Shown here: one piece after another, positions 35,735 to 48,485 of the stretch
Layout: each line of letters begins with the position of its first letter
How positions within the stretch are numbered: the stretch's first letter is position 1
Assembly: GCA_010015585.1 (NCBI GenBank)
Contig: ML975174.1
DNA from: Eremomyces bilateralis CBS 781.70
Taxonomy: Eukaryota
Length of the DNA: 64,000 nt
Strand: one strand, 5' to 3'
Translations under genes and position numbers: made by a program
Notes under the pieces: generated by a model
What the model saw: the letters and a program-made list of their open reading frames with translations, nothing else
The model's database searches: none
Told to the model about the DNA's origin: nothing

Positions 35735-37620
35735 CTATTCTGATCCCGACGACTTCTTTTTCTCTTCTTTCGACGATTGCTCGCCCTCGCCGGTGGACTT
35801 CTGGTCGCCAGTTGGCTTCTGGTCGCCAGTTCGCTTCTGTTCGCTGGAGGCCTTCTGTTCGCCGGTGGCATTCTCGCCGGTTGTCGTCTGTTCGCCGTCC
35901 TTGAAGTTATGCTGCCCGGTCAACGAATGCCACGCCGACTTCAAGAACCCTTCACCCTTATGTGCATCGGCCTTATTCGCATCCACCGTATCCGTCTTGT
36001 TCTCGCTCCGCCCATCCTTCCCAGCCGCCCTTGAATCCGCATCCATCTGCCTCAGATTCATAATCCGCTTCGCATTCTGATCGCCCATCTCATCCGCCAA
36101 CATTTCCAAGATCGTCCGCTGATTCGCGCTTAGATACTTCGGCATCGACACCTTGAACTCGACGCGCAGATCGCCCGTCCCGGCGCGCTTGCCACCGAGC
36201 TTGGGCATGCCTTTGCCCGGGAGGGTGATCTTGTCGCCGGTGTTGGTGCCGGTGGGGACGCGGATGCGCACGTCGGCGTCGAGGGTGGGGACCTCGATTT
36301 CGCCGCCGAGGATGGCGGTGGTGAGGGGGACCGAGGCAGTGTACAAGACGTCGGAGCCGGAGCGGCCGAACTTGGGGTCGGGTTGGACACGGATGAAGAC
36401 ATAGAGGTCGCCGCGTTGACCTTTGACGGGGCCTTCGGCGCTCGCGTACCCGGTCGCAGGTGCATCGCCTTCGCCTGACACCCGTAACCTCATCCCATCT
36501 TCGACTCCCGCTGGGATATCCACCGAGATGGTCTTTCTTTCCCTTACAGCTCCCGCGCCCGAACAGGTGCCGCACTGCCCCCCTCGCGGGGTCACCTGCC
36601 CCGAGCCCGAACAATCCGCGCACGTCGACGCCATCTGGAACCCTCCTTGCATGAAATGCACCCTCTGCCCCGTCCCATCGCACTTCCCACACTTCTCCCG
36701 CTTCGTCCCCTTCTTCAGCCCGTTCCCATGACATGTCCCACATTCCGCCAACGGCGTCACCCGGATCTGCTTCGATACTCCCTTCGCCGCGTCCAGGAAC
36801 GACAGCGACGCCTGCACCTCGATATTCTCCCCCACCAGCACCTCATCCATGAAAGGGTTCGCTCGCCCGCGCCGCGTCCGCCGCCCCCCGCCGCCAAACG
36901 CACCGAACAGATCCTCGAAGCTGAATTCCTGGTTAAACCCGCCCGCGCCCGCCTGGCCGCCGCCGAATCCACCGAATCCACCGAATCCACCGAACCCGCC
37001 ACCGAACGGGTGCCCACCGGGCCCGCCGGCGCCGGCGGATGGGTCGAAGCCACCGTTTTGGTCGAAGGCGGCGGAGCCGTACTTGTCAAAGGCTTCCTTG
37101 CGTTTGGCGTCGGAGAGCAGCTCGTAGGCGCCTTGAGCGTCTGCGAACTTGTCTTTGGCGCCGGCGTCTTTGTTGGTATCGGGATGGAATTTCTTCGCGA
37201 GGCCATAGTATGCTTTCTTGATGTCGGCGGGCGAGGAATTACGCGGGACGCCGAGGACGGTGTAGGGATCTTTCATCGCGGAGAAATGGTTGGAAGCGTG
37301 GAAATGCTGGGGTGGAATTAGTATCGTATTCGAATTCATGCATCCATTTGGGGTTGTAGATCATCTCGTAGAGAGCGAATGTTACTCACCCTTCTCTGTC
37401 CTGGTATCGACAACCTCTCCCCCGATACTCGACCTGATGGTCGCCATGTCGTTCGGCTATGACATGTGCTGAGCTCCCTCCTGCCTAGATTCGGCTTCTG
37501 TATGCCCGAATCACTATGCCTCTGCTGCGTTCGAGGTACACAGGAATGTGTAGCAATGGTCCCAACCCGCAGTGGCAACGCTGCCCTCAACGACGAGGTC
37601 GATGCCGCTGCGACACTCAT
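35735..37620 (-). CDS. MDJ1: Mitochondrial class A DnaJ chaperone; exons 37620-37390, 37306-35735
   Basis: Basic, Ser-rich presequence ending R.FHAS; J domain with HPD; G/F region; four CxxCxGxG repeats; C-terminal domain; intron 37307-37389 (GTGAGT..CTAAT..CAG). Confidence 0.93.
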
Positions 37621-38217
37621 CGCGCTCCTTTCTCCTGTTTGCACTGATGGGGTTGTCTTGTTATATCGAGCTCATGGGGTATAACGAAGGAAATGCCAGA
37701 ATTCGGCGAATTAAAATGAATACAGGATCGATTGATCGGACTCGAAGAATGGACTTGAAGAGGTGTTGGTTACTGAGTATAATTATCTTCACCCAAAGAT
37801 GTTGTTCGAGAAATTTCCAATGCATGGACGAGAGATGGTCCGTGCAGTTCACCCATCGTCATTTAGTCATTATCTGGAACTCATCTCATTGGCTGAGAGA
37901 ATCGGATATCTCAACTCTTAACGCCTAAGCTTCGACGACGGCTTCGGTTGAGTTCGGTCTTACTGTTCATGTCCCGCTTCCTGTGGTGGTGACTGGTGTG
38001 GTTGGTGCCGATATTGTTATACAATCATAAATGAATGCCGGTAAGGTTAATAAGGCTTGCGTGAGCGTGAATGGGATATATAGGGTTCTGGCACCTGTGG
38101 TTACCGGCATATAAAGTCAGTCGTAGTTCGTCATTTCATTCCACTACAGTTCAACCTCAATCAACTCTGTTCTATATCTCATCAAAGTCTTGTCCACCTC
38201 CAACCATACCCTCAACC

Positions 38218-39282
38218 ATGTCCTCCACCATCCGCGCCTGGACCTTCACCCACGGCGGCTACCCCTCCTCCATCTCCCTCGCCACTCTCCCCTCCCCCAC
38301 CTCCCCTCCAAACCCAACCACCATCCACATCCGCCCCCACGCCATCGCCCTCAACCCCGTCGACATCCAACTCATCAACCTCCCCTTTTGGTCCATGCCG
38401 CTCCTCACTCGCGTCTTCCCCGCCCTCCCCGCCCCGAAAGGCATCGCCGCCGACCTCGCCGGCACCGTCGTTGCGGCCGGCAACAACTCCGGGTTTGCAG
38501 TTGGGGATTCCGTGTTTGGGATCGCGTTCACGCCGACGACGGGGACGGCGCAAGAGCTGGTAGAGGTGGATGTGGGGGAGGGGGGAAAGGGAACAGCGAG
38601 CGCGGTGATTTTAAAAAAACCGGAGGAGTGGAGCTGGGAGCAGGGCGCGGGGTTGCCGTTGGTGTGGTTGACGGCGCGGAAGTGCGTGAAGGAGGTGGAG
38701 GGGTGGGTGGGGAAGAAGAGCGGGAAAGGGAAGAGCGACGAGGGCCGGGTAGTGGTGTTGGGGGGGAGTTCGGCGACGGGGATGTATGCGGTGTGGTTGG
38801 CGAGGAAGCGAGGGTGGAGCGTATTGGCGACGTGTTCGGGGCGGAATGCAGAGTTTGTGAGGGGGATGGGGGCGGAGGTGGTGGTAGATTATACGGTGGA
38901 GAAGGTGCCGGAGGAGGTGAGGCGGTGGGGGCCGGATGCGGTGATTGATTGTGTGGGGGGGACGGAATGTGTTGGCATTGCGAATCGATATGTCACGATT
39001 GTGGGGGATAAGACCTCGAGATTGACTATGGGAGGTGCGGCGTTATATTTGACGAGTCCGACCATGTACCTTCGGTGGGCGCTGGGAAAGGCTGGACTTG
39101 GAAGCTCGTATGATTGCGTCAATCTCGAGTTTAACAAGGAATTCCTCGAGGAGGCGTTGACATTGCCAAAGGACAAGATCGCTATCGACAGCGTGTGGGA
39201 GTTTGAGCAGTTGATGGAAGCCTTTGAGAGGCTTAATACCGGTCGGGCAAGGGGGAAGGTGATTGTCAAGGTCGCAGAATAA
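38218..39282 (+). CDS. MDR-family NAD(P)H oxidoreductase (Yim1/quinone-reductase-like), intronless
   Basis: ALNPVD, D.AG.V, GD.VFG, VVVLGGSSATGMYA, ATCSGRN, GA..VVDY, DAVIDCVGG, IDSVWEF, TGRARGKVIV. Confidence 0.88.
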   Translation: MSSTIRAWTFTHGGYPSSISLATLPSPTSPPNPTTIHIRPHAIALNPVDIQLINLPFWSMPLLTRVFPALPAPKGIAADLAGTVVAAGNNSGFAVGDSVFGIAFTPTTGTAQELVEVDVGEGGKGTASAVILKKPEEWSWEQGAGLPLVWLTARKCVKEVEGWVGKKSGKGKSDEGRVVVLGGSSATGMYAVWLARKRGWSVLATCSGRNAEFVRGMGAEVVVDYTVEKVPEEVRRWGPDAVIDCVGGTECVGIANRYVTIVGDKTSRLTMGGAALYLTSPTMYLRWALGKAGLGSSYDCVNLEFNKEFLEEALTLPKDKIAIDSVWEFEQLMEAFERLNTGRARGKVIVKVAE

Positions 39283-39313
39283 GTTTCATCCAACTCAGAT
39301 AGATAGAACGATA

Positions 39314-40314
39314 TCATACAGCCATACGAAACTTTAGCTTGTCTTCTTTTACAATCTCCTCCCGCATGGACTCCAGCTGTTCAACATCCCAATTTACACT
39401 CACGTACCGTCCGGATAGCCAGTCCCGCTTCTCCTTTGTCAGCCAGGTCAGAAACCCTCCAACCAACCCAATATCATCGGTCAGGACTGCGCGGGATCGG
39501 TTAGTGATGCTCCGTCTGCCTCGAGCAATAACTTACTTTGGTCCCACATATCCCCCTTATCATTGCTGTGAAGCTCGGTCTGAGCTGTCACCACCGCCCC
39601 GGGATGGATCGAGTACGCACACACCCCCAACCGGGCATTGTGATCATTATGAATGTGCTCAACCAGGCGATTGACCGCGATCTTGCTCACGTTATACGCT
39701 ATCGGAGTGGCGGCGCTAGCAATTGAATGGGACGCGAGCGAAGTGATCTGAACAAATGCCTGCGGCCCGTCCTTAGTGTCCGCCAACAGTGGCACGAAGT
39801 GCTTCGCGGTGTACACGCTTCCCATGAGATTGATATCGATCACCCGCTTGAAATCATCATCTTCCATGACCCCGACTGGCAACTGCCGCTTTCCGTCTGA
39901 ATCGATCAGATAGTTCGAGATGACTCCAGCGTTGGCTACTACCACATCCAACCTGCCGAACTCCGCTTTCACCGCATCCGCCAACGCTTTCACGTCCTCT
40001 TCTTTCGTCGTGTCGCAGGTCTTCACCAGCACTTTCACACTGGGATTAGCCTTCTTCAACTCCGCCTCGAGCGACTCGAGATCTGTTGCGGTACGTGCGG
40101 CGATCGCTATCCCGCTGACCCCCGCTCGAACGTAGTCCATGGAGATCACCCGACCTAACCCCTTGCCCGCGCCGGTCACCACGGCCACGAACGGCGAGCG
40201 CAGCGGGTTCGATTCCGGGAGGGTTGGGCCTTCGGCTTTGGTGTGGATGGTCGGGGTGAAGGTGATTCCATAGCTGGCGGGGCCTGCGGAGACGGAGTTT
40301 GAGGAGGGAGGCAT
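39314..40314 (-). CDS. Short-chain dehydrogenase/reductase; exons 40314-39537, 39486-39314
   Basis: VVTGAGKGLG, FGRLDVVVANAG, S..YNVSK, SIHPGAV; second exon ..WLSGRYVSVNWDV..DKLKFRMAV*; intron 39487-39536 (GTAAGT..CTAAC..CAG). Confidence 0.9.
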
Positions 40315-40842
40315 GATGGTAGGGAGACTTTGCTTTGAACCGAACCAATTGGCAGATTGAATAGACTAACACTGGAGAGCAGAGAAGGGAAGATTGAAAC
40401 CGTATATTTACACCTAGTTACTGGTAGTTACCGTAGTTCGCGATCTACATCTTGAAGTCGGCGGGGTAATCTTGCCCGAGTCGCAACCGAGCAAGATAGT
40501 TATTAATTACCCTAAGCTGAAGTCGTTAGTTGGGGTTTCAGACTGACCACGCTAACTGCGTAACATTATCCTCGAAGTCACATATCTCATAGACGACATT
40601 CGGAAAGAAAGACAGGAACAGGAGGCATCAGTTCCGTGCATGTAATCATTGTCACTTGATATGAAGATAGGTATTGATTAGCGGAGAACGACATCCCTAG
40701 TATAGCTGCTCGCTGGGAATTTCATGGATAAGGAGAATTTAGGAGATTCTTTCTTTCAAGTCGCTCTAGGTGGAAATGATCGAAACTTGTAGACAATTGT
40801 AAGCTGATGAACTCAATTGAAAGACTGACGGGATGGAAGTGA

Positions 40843-40978
40843 TTAGTCAAAATCTGGTCACGTGTAAACAAGCACTCGGGCAATAATATGGCATTCGCAA
40901 GATATCATTGGGTCAAGTCTGGTGCGTGTGTAAACAATCATTTAGGCAATAAGGCATCGATTCTCGTTGCCATAACAA
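40843..40978 (+). promoter_or_regulatory. SMC2 upstream module: two forkhead sites, an E-box and an RFX-like X-box
   Basis: GTAAACA at 40864-40870 and 40930-40936; GTCACGTG at 40857-40864; GTTGCCATAACAA at 40966-40978. Motif matches only. Confidence 0.5.
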
Positions 40979-41058
40979 AACACGCCGCTTAATTCCACTT
41001 TGTCGCGACATGAGATGATGATAGCCACAACCGATGTAGGAGCCCAAGAGCTGCAAAA

Positions 41059-44000
41059 ATGAGGGTTATAGAACTAGTCATTGATGTGAGCATGGTTGTA
41101 AATCTGATACCGAGCGCTGCTAACTCGAATCCAGGGCTTCAAATCATATGCCATCCGGACCGTCATATCGGGATGGTAAACAATCCTCCCCTTCTCGCGA
41201 AAGCTATTCCTTACGAGTGAACATAGGGACGCAAGCTTCAACTCGATCACAGGCCTGAATGGGAGCGGAAAGTCCAATATCCTCGACGCGATATGTTTCG
41301 TTCTCGGCATCACCAACGTGAGCGTGGTGCGCGCGCAGAACCTCCAGGACCTTATTTACAAGCGCGGACAAGCCGGAGTCACGAAAGCGAGCGTTACAAT
41401 CACATTCGACAATAGTAACAAGAAGACGAGCCCGATCGGCTTCGAGGAATATGCGCAGATTTCGGTCACCCGCCAGATCGTGCTGGGCGGTACCAGCAAG
41501 TACCTCATCAATGGACACCGTGCCCAGCAGCAGACGGTCCAGAACCTATTTCAATCCGTTCAACTGAATATCAACAACCCGAATTTCCTGATCATGCAGG
41601 GTCGAATCACGAAGGTTCTGAATATGAAAGCGGTGGAAATCCTAGCGATGATCGAGGAGGCGGCAGGGACGCGCATGTTCGAAGATCGACGTGACAAGGC
41701 TATCAAGACGATGGGCAAGAAGGAGTTGAAGTTACAAGAGATTTCCGAGCTTCTGACTGAAGAGATTGAGCCGAAATTGGAGAAATTACGTCAAGAAAAG
41801 CGGACGTTCCTCGACTACCAACAGACACAAAGCGACTTGGAGCGTTTGACACGATTGGTGGTCGCCTACGACTACGTCCGGTATAACCAAAAGCTATCAA
41901 GCGCCGCAGACGATCTCGAAGCCAAGAAAAACCGGGTACAAGCATTAGAGGAGTCTGCCATCCGACTGAAGCGAGAAATTGACTTCCTCCAAGAAGATAT
42001 CAACAAGGTTAAGTCTGCAAGGGAGAAGGAGCTGCGAAAAGGGGGCAAATTCCAGGCGCTGGAGGAACAAGTCAAAACTCATTCCCACGAGATCGTCCGA
42101 CTCACGACCGTCATCGACCTCAAGACTTCGAACCGAAACGAAGAAGTCGACAAACGCCGCCAGCTAGAAGTCAGTGTTAAGGATCTGGAGCAGCAGCTGG
42201 CGGAGAAGACCACGATTCACGAGAAACTCGAGGTACAGTACGCGAAGGCCCAATCCGAATTTGAGCGAGAGAGCAAAGAATTCGAGCAAAAGGAAGAGCT
42301 GTTGCAGACACTCCAAACCGGTGTTGCGTCACGGGAGGGGCAGGAGGGCGGCTACCAAGGCCAACTACAAGCCGCGCGGACACGAGCAAGCGAATCTGCC
42401 ACCCAGCAAGAGCAGGCAAGACTAAAGATCAAGCATCTCGAGCAGCAGATCAAAGAAGAGGAGCCGCGTGCCAAAAAGGCGAAAGAGCAAAATTCCGATC
42501 TACTGAAGGGCCTCGATGCGCTGCATGCCCAAGCGAAGAAACAGGAATTCGATTTGAACCGGCTGGGATTCGAGCCGGGGATGGAGCAAGACCTGTACCA
42601 ACAGGAGTCGCATCTACAACAGCGGGTACGAGACCTTCGAAGTCAGGCGGATGGCTTGCGTCGGAGGGTTTCGAATATCGACTTCACATACCACAATCCG
42701 ACCCAAAATTTCGACCGGTCGAAAGTCAAGGGTCTCGTCGCGCAATTGTTTAACTTGAACAAGCAGCACACACGAGCCGGTACAGCCCTTGAGATCTGCG
42801 CCGGTGGCCGGTTATACAATGTCGTCGTCGATTCCGCCGAAACCGGTACGCAGCTCCTGCAGAATGGCAGGTTGAAGAAGCGGGTCACGATCATCCCGTT
42901 GAACAAGATCGCGGCGTTCAAAGCGTCGGCCCAGAAGATCAATGCAGCGCAGAGAATCGCCCCGGGGAAAGTCAACCTTGCGCTGGAGCTGATTGGCTAC
43001 GATGATGAGGTCTGCGCGGCCATGGAGTATGTGTTTGGATCGACCCTAGTCTGCGAAGATGCCGCGACTGCGAAGCGGGTGACGTTTGATCCGGCGGTTC
43101 GGATGAAGAGCGTCACGCTCGAAGGCGATGTGTACGACCCTTCTGGTACGCTTTCGGGAGGTAGTGCGCCGCATTCAAGTGGAATGCTTGTGACGCTTCA
43201 GAAACTCAATGAGACCATGGCTGAATTGTCCGCCGCTGAGCAAGAGCTATCTGCTCTGCACGAGACACTTTCTCGAGAGAAGCAGCGGTTGGATGCAGCC
43301 AGAGGCCTAAAACAGGGTCTTGACCTCAAACAGCATGAGATCAAGCTGACGGAGCAACAAATCAGTAGCAACTCGTCTACCTCCATCATCCAGGCCGTTG
43401 AAGAGATGAAAGCAACCATAGTGCAGCTCAAGCAAGATATTTCCGAGGCGAAGGCTGCACATAACGAAGCCTCCAAGGAGGTCAAGCGTGTGGAGCGAGA
43501 CATGGAAGAGTTCAGCAAGAACAAGGACAGCAAGCTCGCCGAGCTGCAATCATCCGTCGAGAAACTCCGAAAGGCCCTCACAAAGGCATCAGGTACCATG
43601 AAGCCATTGCAGCAAGAGATGCGAGACGCCAAAGTCGAGCTTGAACAGTGTTCGGCCGATCTTGCCGCGACGCAAGAGCAGGGACAAGATCTCGACGTGA
43701 CGCTAAAGTCACTTCAAGATGAGGTCGACGCGCTCGTGGCGGACCAGTCCAGCGCCAAAGAAGCTCACGACCAAGCGAAAGCCAACCTGGATACAGAACA
43801 GGCCAAACTGACCGGTTTCGACGAAGAGCTCCGGGCGTTGGAACAGGCTTCCCGGTCGAAGTCCGCGTTGACCACGGAGGAGGGCCTGGAATTGCAACGT
43901 CTCGGACACCAAGTTGACAAAGCCGAGAAAGAAGAACAATCCGCCTCCCACGCTATCGGCCACATGGAAAAAGAGCACGACTGGATCGCCGACGAGCGCG

Positions 44001-44744
44001 ATGCCTTCGGACGCGCCGGCACCCCATACGACTTCAACGGGCAGAACATGTCCGAATGCCGCACGAACCTCAAAAGCCTCGTCGAGCGCTTCCAAGGGAT
44101 GAAGAAGAAGATTAACCCGAAGGTGATGAGCATGATCGACAGCGTGGAGAAGAAAGAAGCCAGCCTGAAGCACATGATGCGCACGGTGATCAAGGACAAG
44201 AAGAAGATCGAGGAGACGATCGTCAATCTGGACGAGTATAAGAAGGAGGCGCTGCAGACGACGTGGGAGAAGGTCAACGGTGACTTCGGACAGATCTTCA
44301 ATGAGCTGTTGCCGGGGAGTTTCGCGAAATTGGATCCGCCTGAGGGGAAGACGATCGCGGATGGGTTGGAGGTGAAAGTCAGCCTGGGCAAGGTGTGGAA
44401 GCAGAGTCTCACCGAGCTGAGCGGTGGTCAAAGGTTCGTTGCACCCTACCCTCTATTAATCTACCACTGACCGACCTAGATCGCTCATCGCGCTGTCACT
44501 CATCATGGCTCTACTCCAATTCAAACCGGCGCCGATGTATATCCTCGACGAAGTCGACGCCGCGCTCGATCTCTCCCACACGCAGAACATTGGGCGGCTG
44601 ATCAAGACGCGGTTCAAGGGATCGCAGTTTATCGTGGTCAGTTTGAAGGATGGGATGTTCCAGAACGCGAACCGTATCTTCCGGACGAGGTTTAGTGAGG
44701 GGACCAGTGTCGTTACCGCATTGACGCCGGCGGACTTAAAGTAG
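41059..44744 (+). CDS. SMC2: Condensin subunit Smc2 (Cut14); exons 41059-41085, 41135-41175, 41227-44433, 44480-44744
   Basis: [37 protein letters not shown], hinge [25 protein letters not shown] signature, [11 protein letters not shown]alker B; three GT-AG introns give a continuous frame. Confidence 0.97.
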
Positions 44745-45201
44745 AAAAATTCTCAAGGTTTTGATGTGTCACGGTACAGTTCTTGTCTGGTGTTGGCGCT
44801 GAGGATCCAGGCGGAGTTAGGGGTTATTGGGCATGATGCAGGTTTATGAGGTTGGTCTAGATCTGGTCTACACGATTACGAGTCTATATCACGCGCAGCT
44901 GCTTTCCCGGTTGCATTGATAGCCTTAGCAGGATACGTCGACCTGTAATGTAAGACCTTTTACACCGAGTTCAAGCATTACCGGTTGTACTTCGTACATG
45001 TATAAAATAATGAAGTCCACATTCTATGACTACTCTAACATGGTGTCTAACGATCGCTCGTGATAACTCCCACAAACTGTTAGAAGATATCCCTCTATCC
45101 ATAACCCCAACCCAAACAGCTGATAGATCCGAAATACTCAAATGCCACCTTTCCAAAGTATCCACACATGCGATATTCTTACAAACAAGATATCCAACTC
45201 C

Positions 45202-47753
45202 TCAACCAACAGCCAAAACACTCCTCCCCCCATCCGCGCTCATCCGATCCCGAATCTGGACGCGCAAGAAGTCCGTGCCCAACCGTCGCGCGTCACTTTT
45301 CAACACTGCCGACGGCGCGAACAACAACGCTTCGCCAACCCCAAGGGTGACGATCGTTTCAAACACCTCCTTCACCGTTCGTCCACAGGCTTCCTCTTCT
45401 TCCTCCGCATCGTCTGTTCCGGCCTTGGCGAACTTCGAACGATTGTCCGCGGTAGATAGCAAGGACAGTCCGCCGACGTGGCGTTGCAGGGCGCGGAGCC
45501 ATTCAGGGCTACTGAACCGGTGGACGAAAATCATCGAGCAGAGGTCGAGCAGGGCGGGGTTGATGGTCGGTTCTTGAGTAGCGATAACGACCCGCAATGC
45601 TCGGTGGCGTTGCTCGCGAATTCCCTTGAGGACAGCCGACGTGAATGATTGAGCGCTGGCCGACGAGTCAAGATAGTTGTGCGCTTCATCTAGGGCGACG
45701 ATCTTGCCGACAGGGTCAGCCGCGCCGTTGGACGTAAGATCGGAACCTGGGCCCGAGAGGAACAGTGCCATCGCGATCTCAAACAGGGCACAGGCCGAGG
45801 AATTGTCTATGAACGGATCGGTCAGATCCAAGATGATGAGCGCCCCAGGTACCGGCTTTAGAAGGTCTTGTGAGACCTTCTTTTTCCGAGTCGAGCCCCT
45901 GGAATCGACGGCTAAGAGACTGTCCAGTAAGGCCAGTCGCAGATTTAAGGGCCCGGATTGAAGTTTTGTCAACTCCTGATCGGCGAGCCGGCGACGAAAC
46001 TCGCGATAGTTGAGGTTCGAGCTCCCTTGGTTTTCTAGCCTCATTTCCCGAAGAATGCGAATCAAACCCTCCATATACAAAGGGACAGCACCATCCTTTT
46101 CGGAAAAGGCCATGAGCTTCTTCAGCCGCTCTGTGTTCAACTGGTTTGGCTGCAAATAAAATTCTTCAACTGTTAAAAACTTCGAAGCGTTCGGAACTTG
46201 CGAGTACAAGTCTTTCATCGTGAGATAGTTGCTGGGACTGACTAGCACCTTCACAGGTACCCCGGCCGAGCAGAGATGGGCCGCTTCACAAACCGTGGCT
46301 TCGTGCGCGTCGTAATGAAACATGAGGCCAGCAAGAGGTTTGATCATATTCCCAATCGTTGTCGAAGGGTGGAGGCAGCCCTCGAGTATGCAAGAGAGAG
46401 TATGACTTTTCCCACTTCCTTGAGATCCACAAATGAACGCCGACCATGGCGCATTGGTGTTGAGAAGAATTGGGTCAAACGGCTTCTCATCTTGCTCGTG
46501 GTCTTCTCTAAATCGTTTACTTATAGATTCTCCAAGAACCGAATACTGCGGGAATACCTTCCTCCCGCGAAATTGGGCATGTTGTTGAGATTCCATTTGG
46601 ATCTGCTGTTTTGCGGTCCAAGTAATCAAAGGGGCGGTCCGGAGCTCTTCGGCTCGACTCTTTGGTTCACTAACCATGCCCTGTGCTTGGATATTTCGTC
46701 TCAAAATTGAACGGTACCTCGACAGCTCTGAGTCTTCGAAAAGAGGTGCTTGCATGGGAATAGTAGTGGGAATAGTAGTCTGTTTCTCCAAGGTTTCCAA
46801 CCCAGTTTTACCCGCTAGCTCATGATGTAAGTTTTAGGCCAACAATGATGCGTAATATACTTACAACTTGTGAAGATATTTTTCGTTAGGGTCGGGGAAG
46901 GCTTGACATCGGGGACTTCGTCCACTTCTGAGTTTGATATTGGGAGTCCACGAGTCGGCAGTGTAGAAAACAGGCTTCCTGGGACCGGTTGCGATTTCAT
47001 TTTAAATGAAGGGAGAGCCTTTTGCGTGAAGCCTTTCGTGTACGTTCCAGCTACCGTGGTATCCTCTCTGCTTGGATCAGCGTTTACGGGATCTCGAATA
47101 GCACTAGGGACTGTGGTGGTGGTGGTTGCTTTAGAGGAACTTCGACTGGCATGGATGCTAGGTTGAGGCGTCCCATTTTGAGCTCCGGATTTGCTTGATG
47201 CGAACGCGAGAACGTTCGGGACTGGTCCAAAAGATATTGAGACGGATGCCTTCGTATCAAAGGGGGCGGATTTCCTTGTGCCTTTGTTGGTGGGAGCAAC
47301 CCCAAAATCGAACATCTTTGATCCCAAAGGATGCTGTTGAGATGTCCCTGTAGGAGAGCATTGTTGATTGCTAACTGCGACGCGTGTCGCCGAAGGGACT
47401 GGTCCTCGTTTGTCAGAGTCGCGCGTGTTGGTAGATCTCGTTGGCAAACTCTCCTGTCTTTGTGTAGTTCGTTGTAAGCCTCCAGTTGGGTTTAAAAATT
47501 GATCGGAAATGGTTCGGACACCCCCAGTTCGAGACGAATAGCTGGAGGCGTTAGACCGGCGGAGCTGTTGTGCTTTCAGAGATTCTTCTTCCGATTCATC
47601 GTCCTCGCTGCTAGAGAGGTCGACCCGAGACGCTGCGAGACCTCTCCCATCCGATTCTTCTTCCTCATTCGCCGAGACATCAGTGATGATGCCATAAGAT
47701 GATAGGGAGGAAGCCCGGTGACTTAGGAGAGTCATGTTGCTCGCAGGAAGCAT
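45202..47753 (-). CDS. P-loop ATPase of HerA/VirB4 (FtsK-HerA) type with ~300-aa Ser/Thr-rich disordered N-terminus; intron 46815-46864
   Basis: Walker A ICGSQGSGKSHT, Walker B IVALDEAHNYL, IREQRH..RVVIATQEP, IFVHRF, L.VGEALL. GTAAGT..TAG intron joins ORFs 46815-47789 and 45202-46800 in frame. Start could be 47753 or 47735. Confidence 0.8.
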
Positions 47754-47953
47754 ATGCTTTATCGGTAAGGAGGGGGACAACCAAAGCAAGTTGAGGGGAA
47801 TTCGAAGGTTCGGTGGACTAAAAATAAACGAAAGTCTCCTCCAAAACCAACTCCCACCTCCACGGCCAATGAATGAAATATAACTGCTAATGAGGGTAGA
47901 GAGACATGCAATGAGATGGATTTGCAGATAGGAGAAGTCGGGAAAACGGGAAA

Positions 47954-48007
47954 ACGCGTCTATAATTAAGGCGCGTCACGACACCATTGACCCTGCACCA
48001 GCGCGTG
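47954..48007. promoter_or_regulatory. MCB-like CGCG cluster upstream of the HerA-like ATPase
   Basis: ACGCGT at 47954-47959, GCGCGT at ~47971 and ~48001, about 200-250 bp upstream of the start. Confidence 0.4.
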
Positions 48008-48485
48008 GTCACATGATCCAGTACTTACACACGTGACATTCAAAGTTACTCCATGATTAGTAAGCTTGCCTCAATTATGGCGATCTAATTAGCTATCGAA
48101 GCCATCCAAAACAATACACCATCCAATGCACTGAAAGGTCCACATCTGTTTCAGCACGCATTTCAATTATTACAGTATCCTTCTGCTTGAGATATTCAGC
48201 TGGGTATTCATTGATATAAATGAGAAGAGGGGAGCTAGAAAGCACCCCACTGATCGTAGCCTATATCTACACCCAGTAGGAGTGAAGTGCATCAGTGCTA
48301 TCAGATACGGATCATACCGTCCAAAGTCGCTTCATTCCCATAATATCCATATATTCAACCTGCAAACTAACAAGCTTCTACTATCAAAGTTCTTTCCTCT
48401 CCTCCATTCCATCTGACCAGCGCTACTCACCCACCGCAGCACCCGAGATCAATCTCTCCACGAATAGAACTAACCCTCTTCAACC

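Noticed and set aside
38218..40314. Secondary-metabolite cluster
   Set aside because: Only two oxidoreductases; no PKS/NRPS/terpene synthase, transporter or cluster TF nearby.
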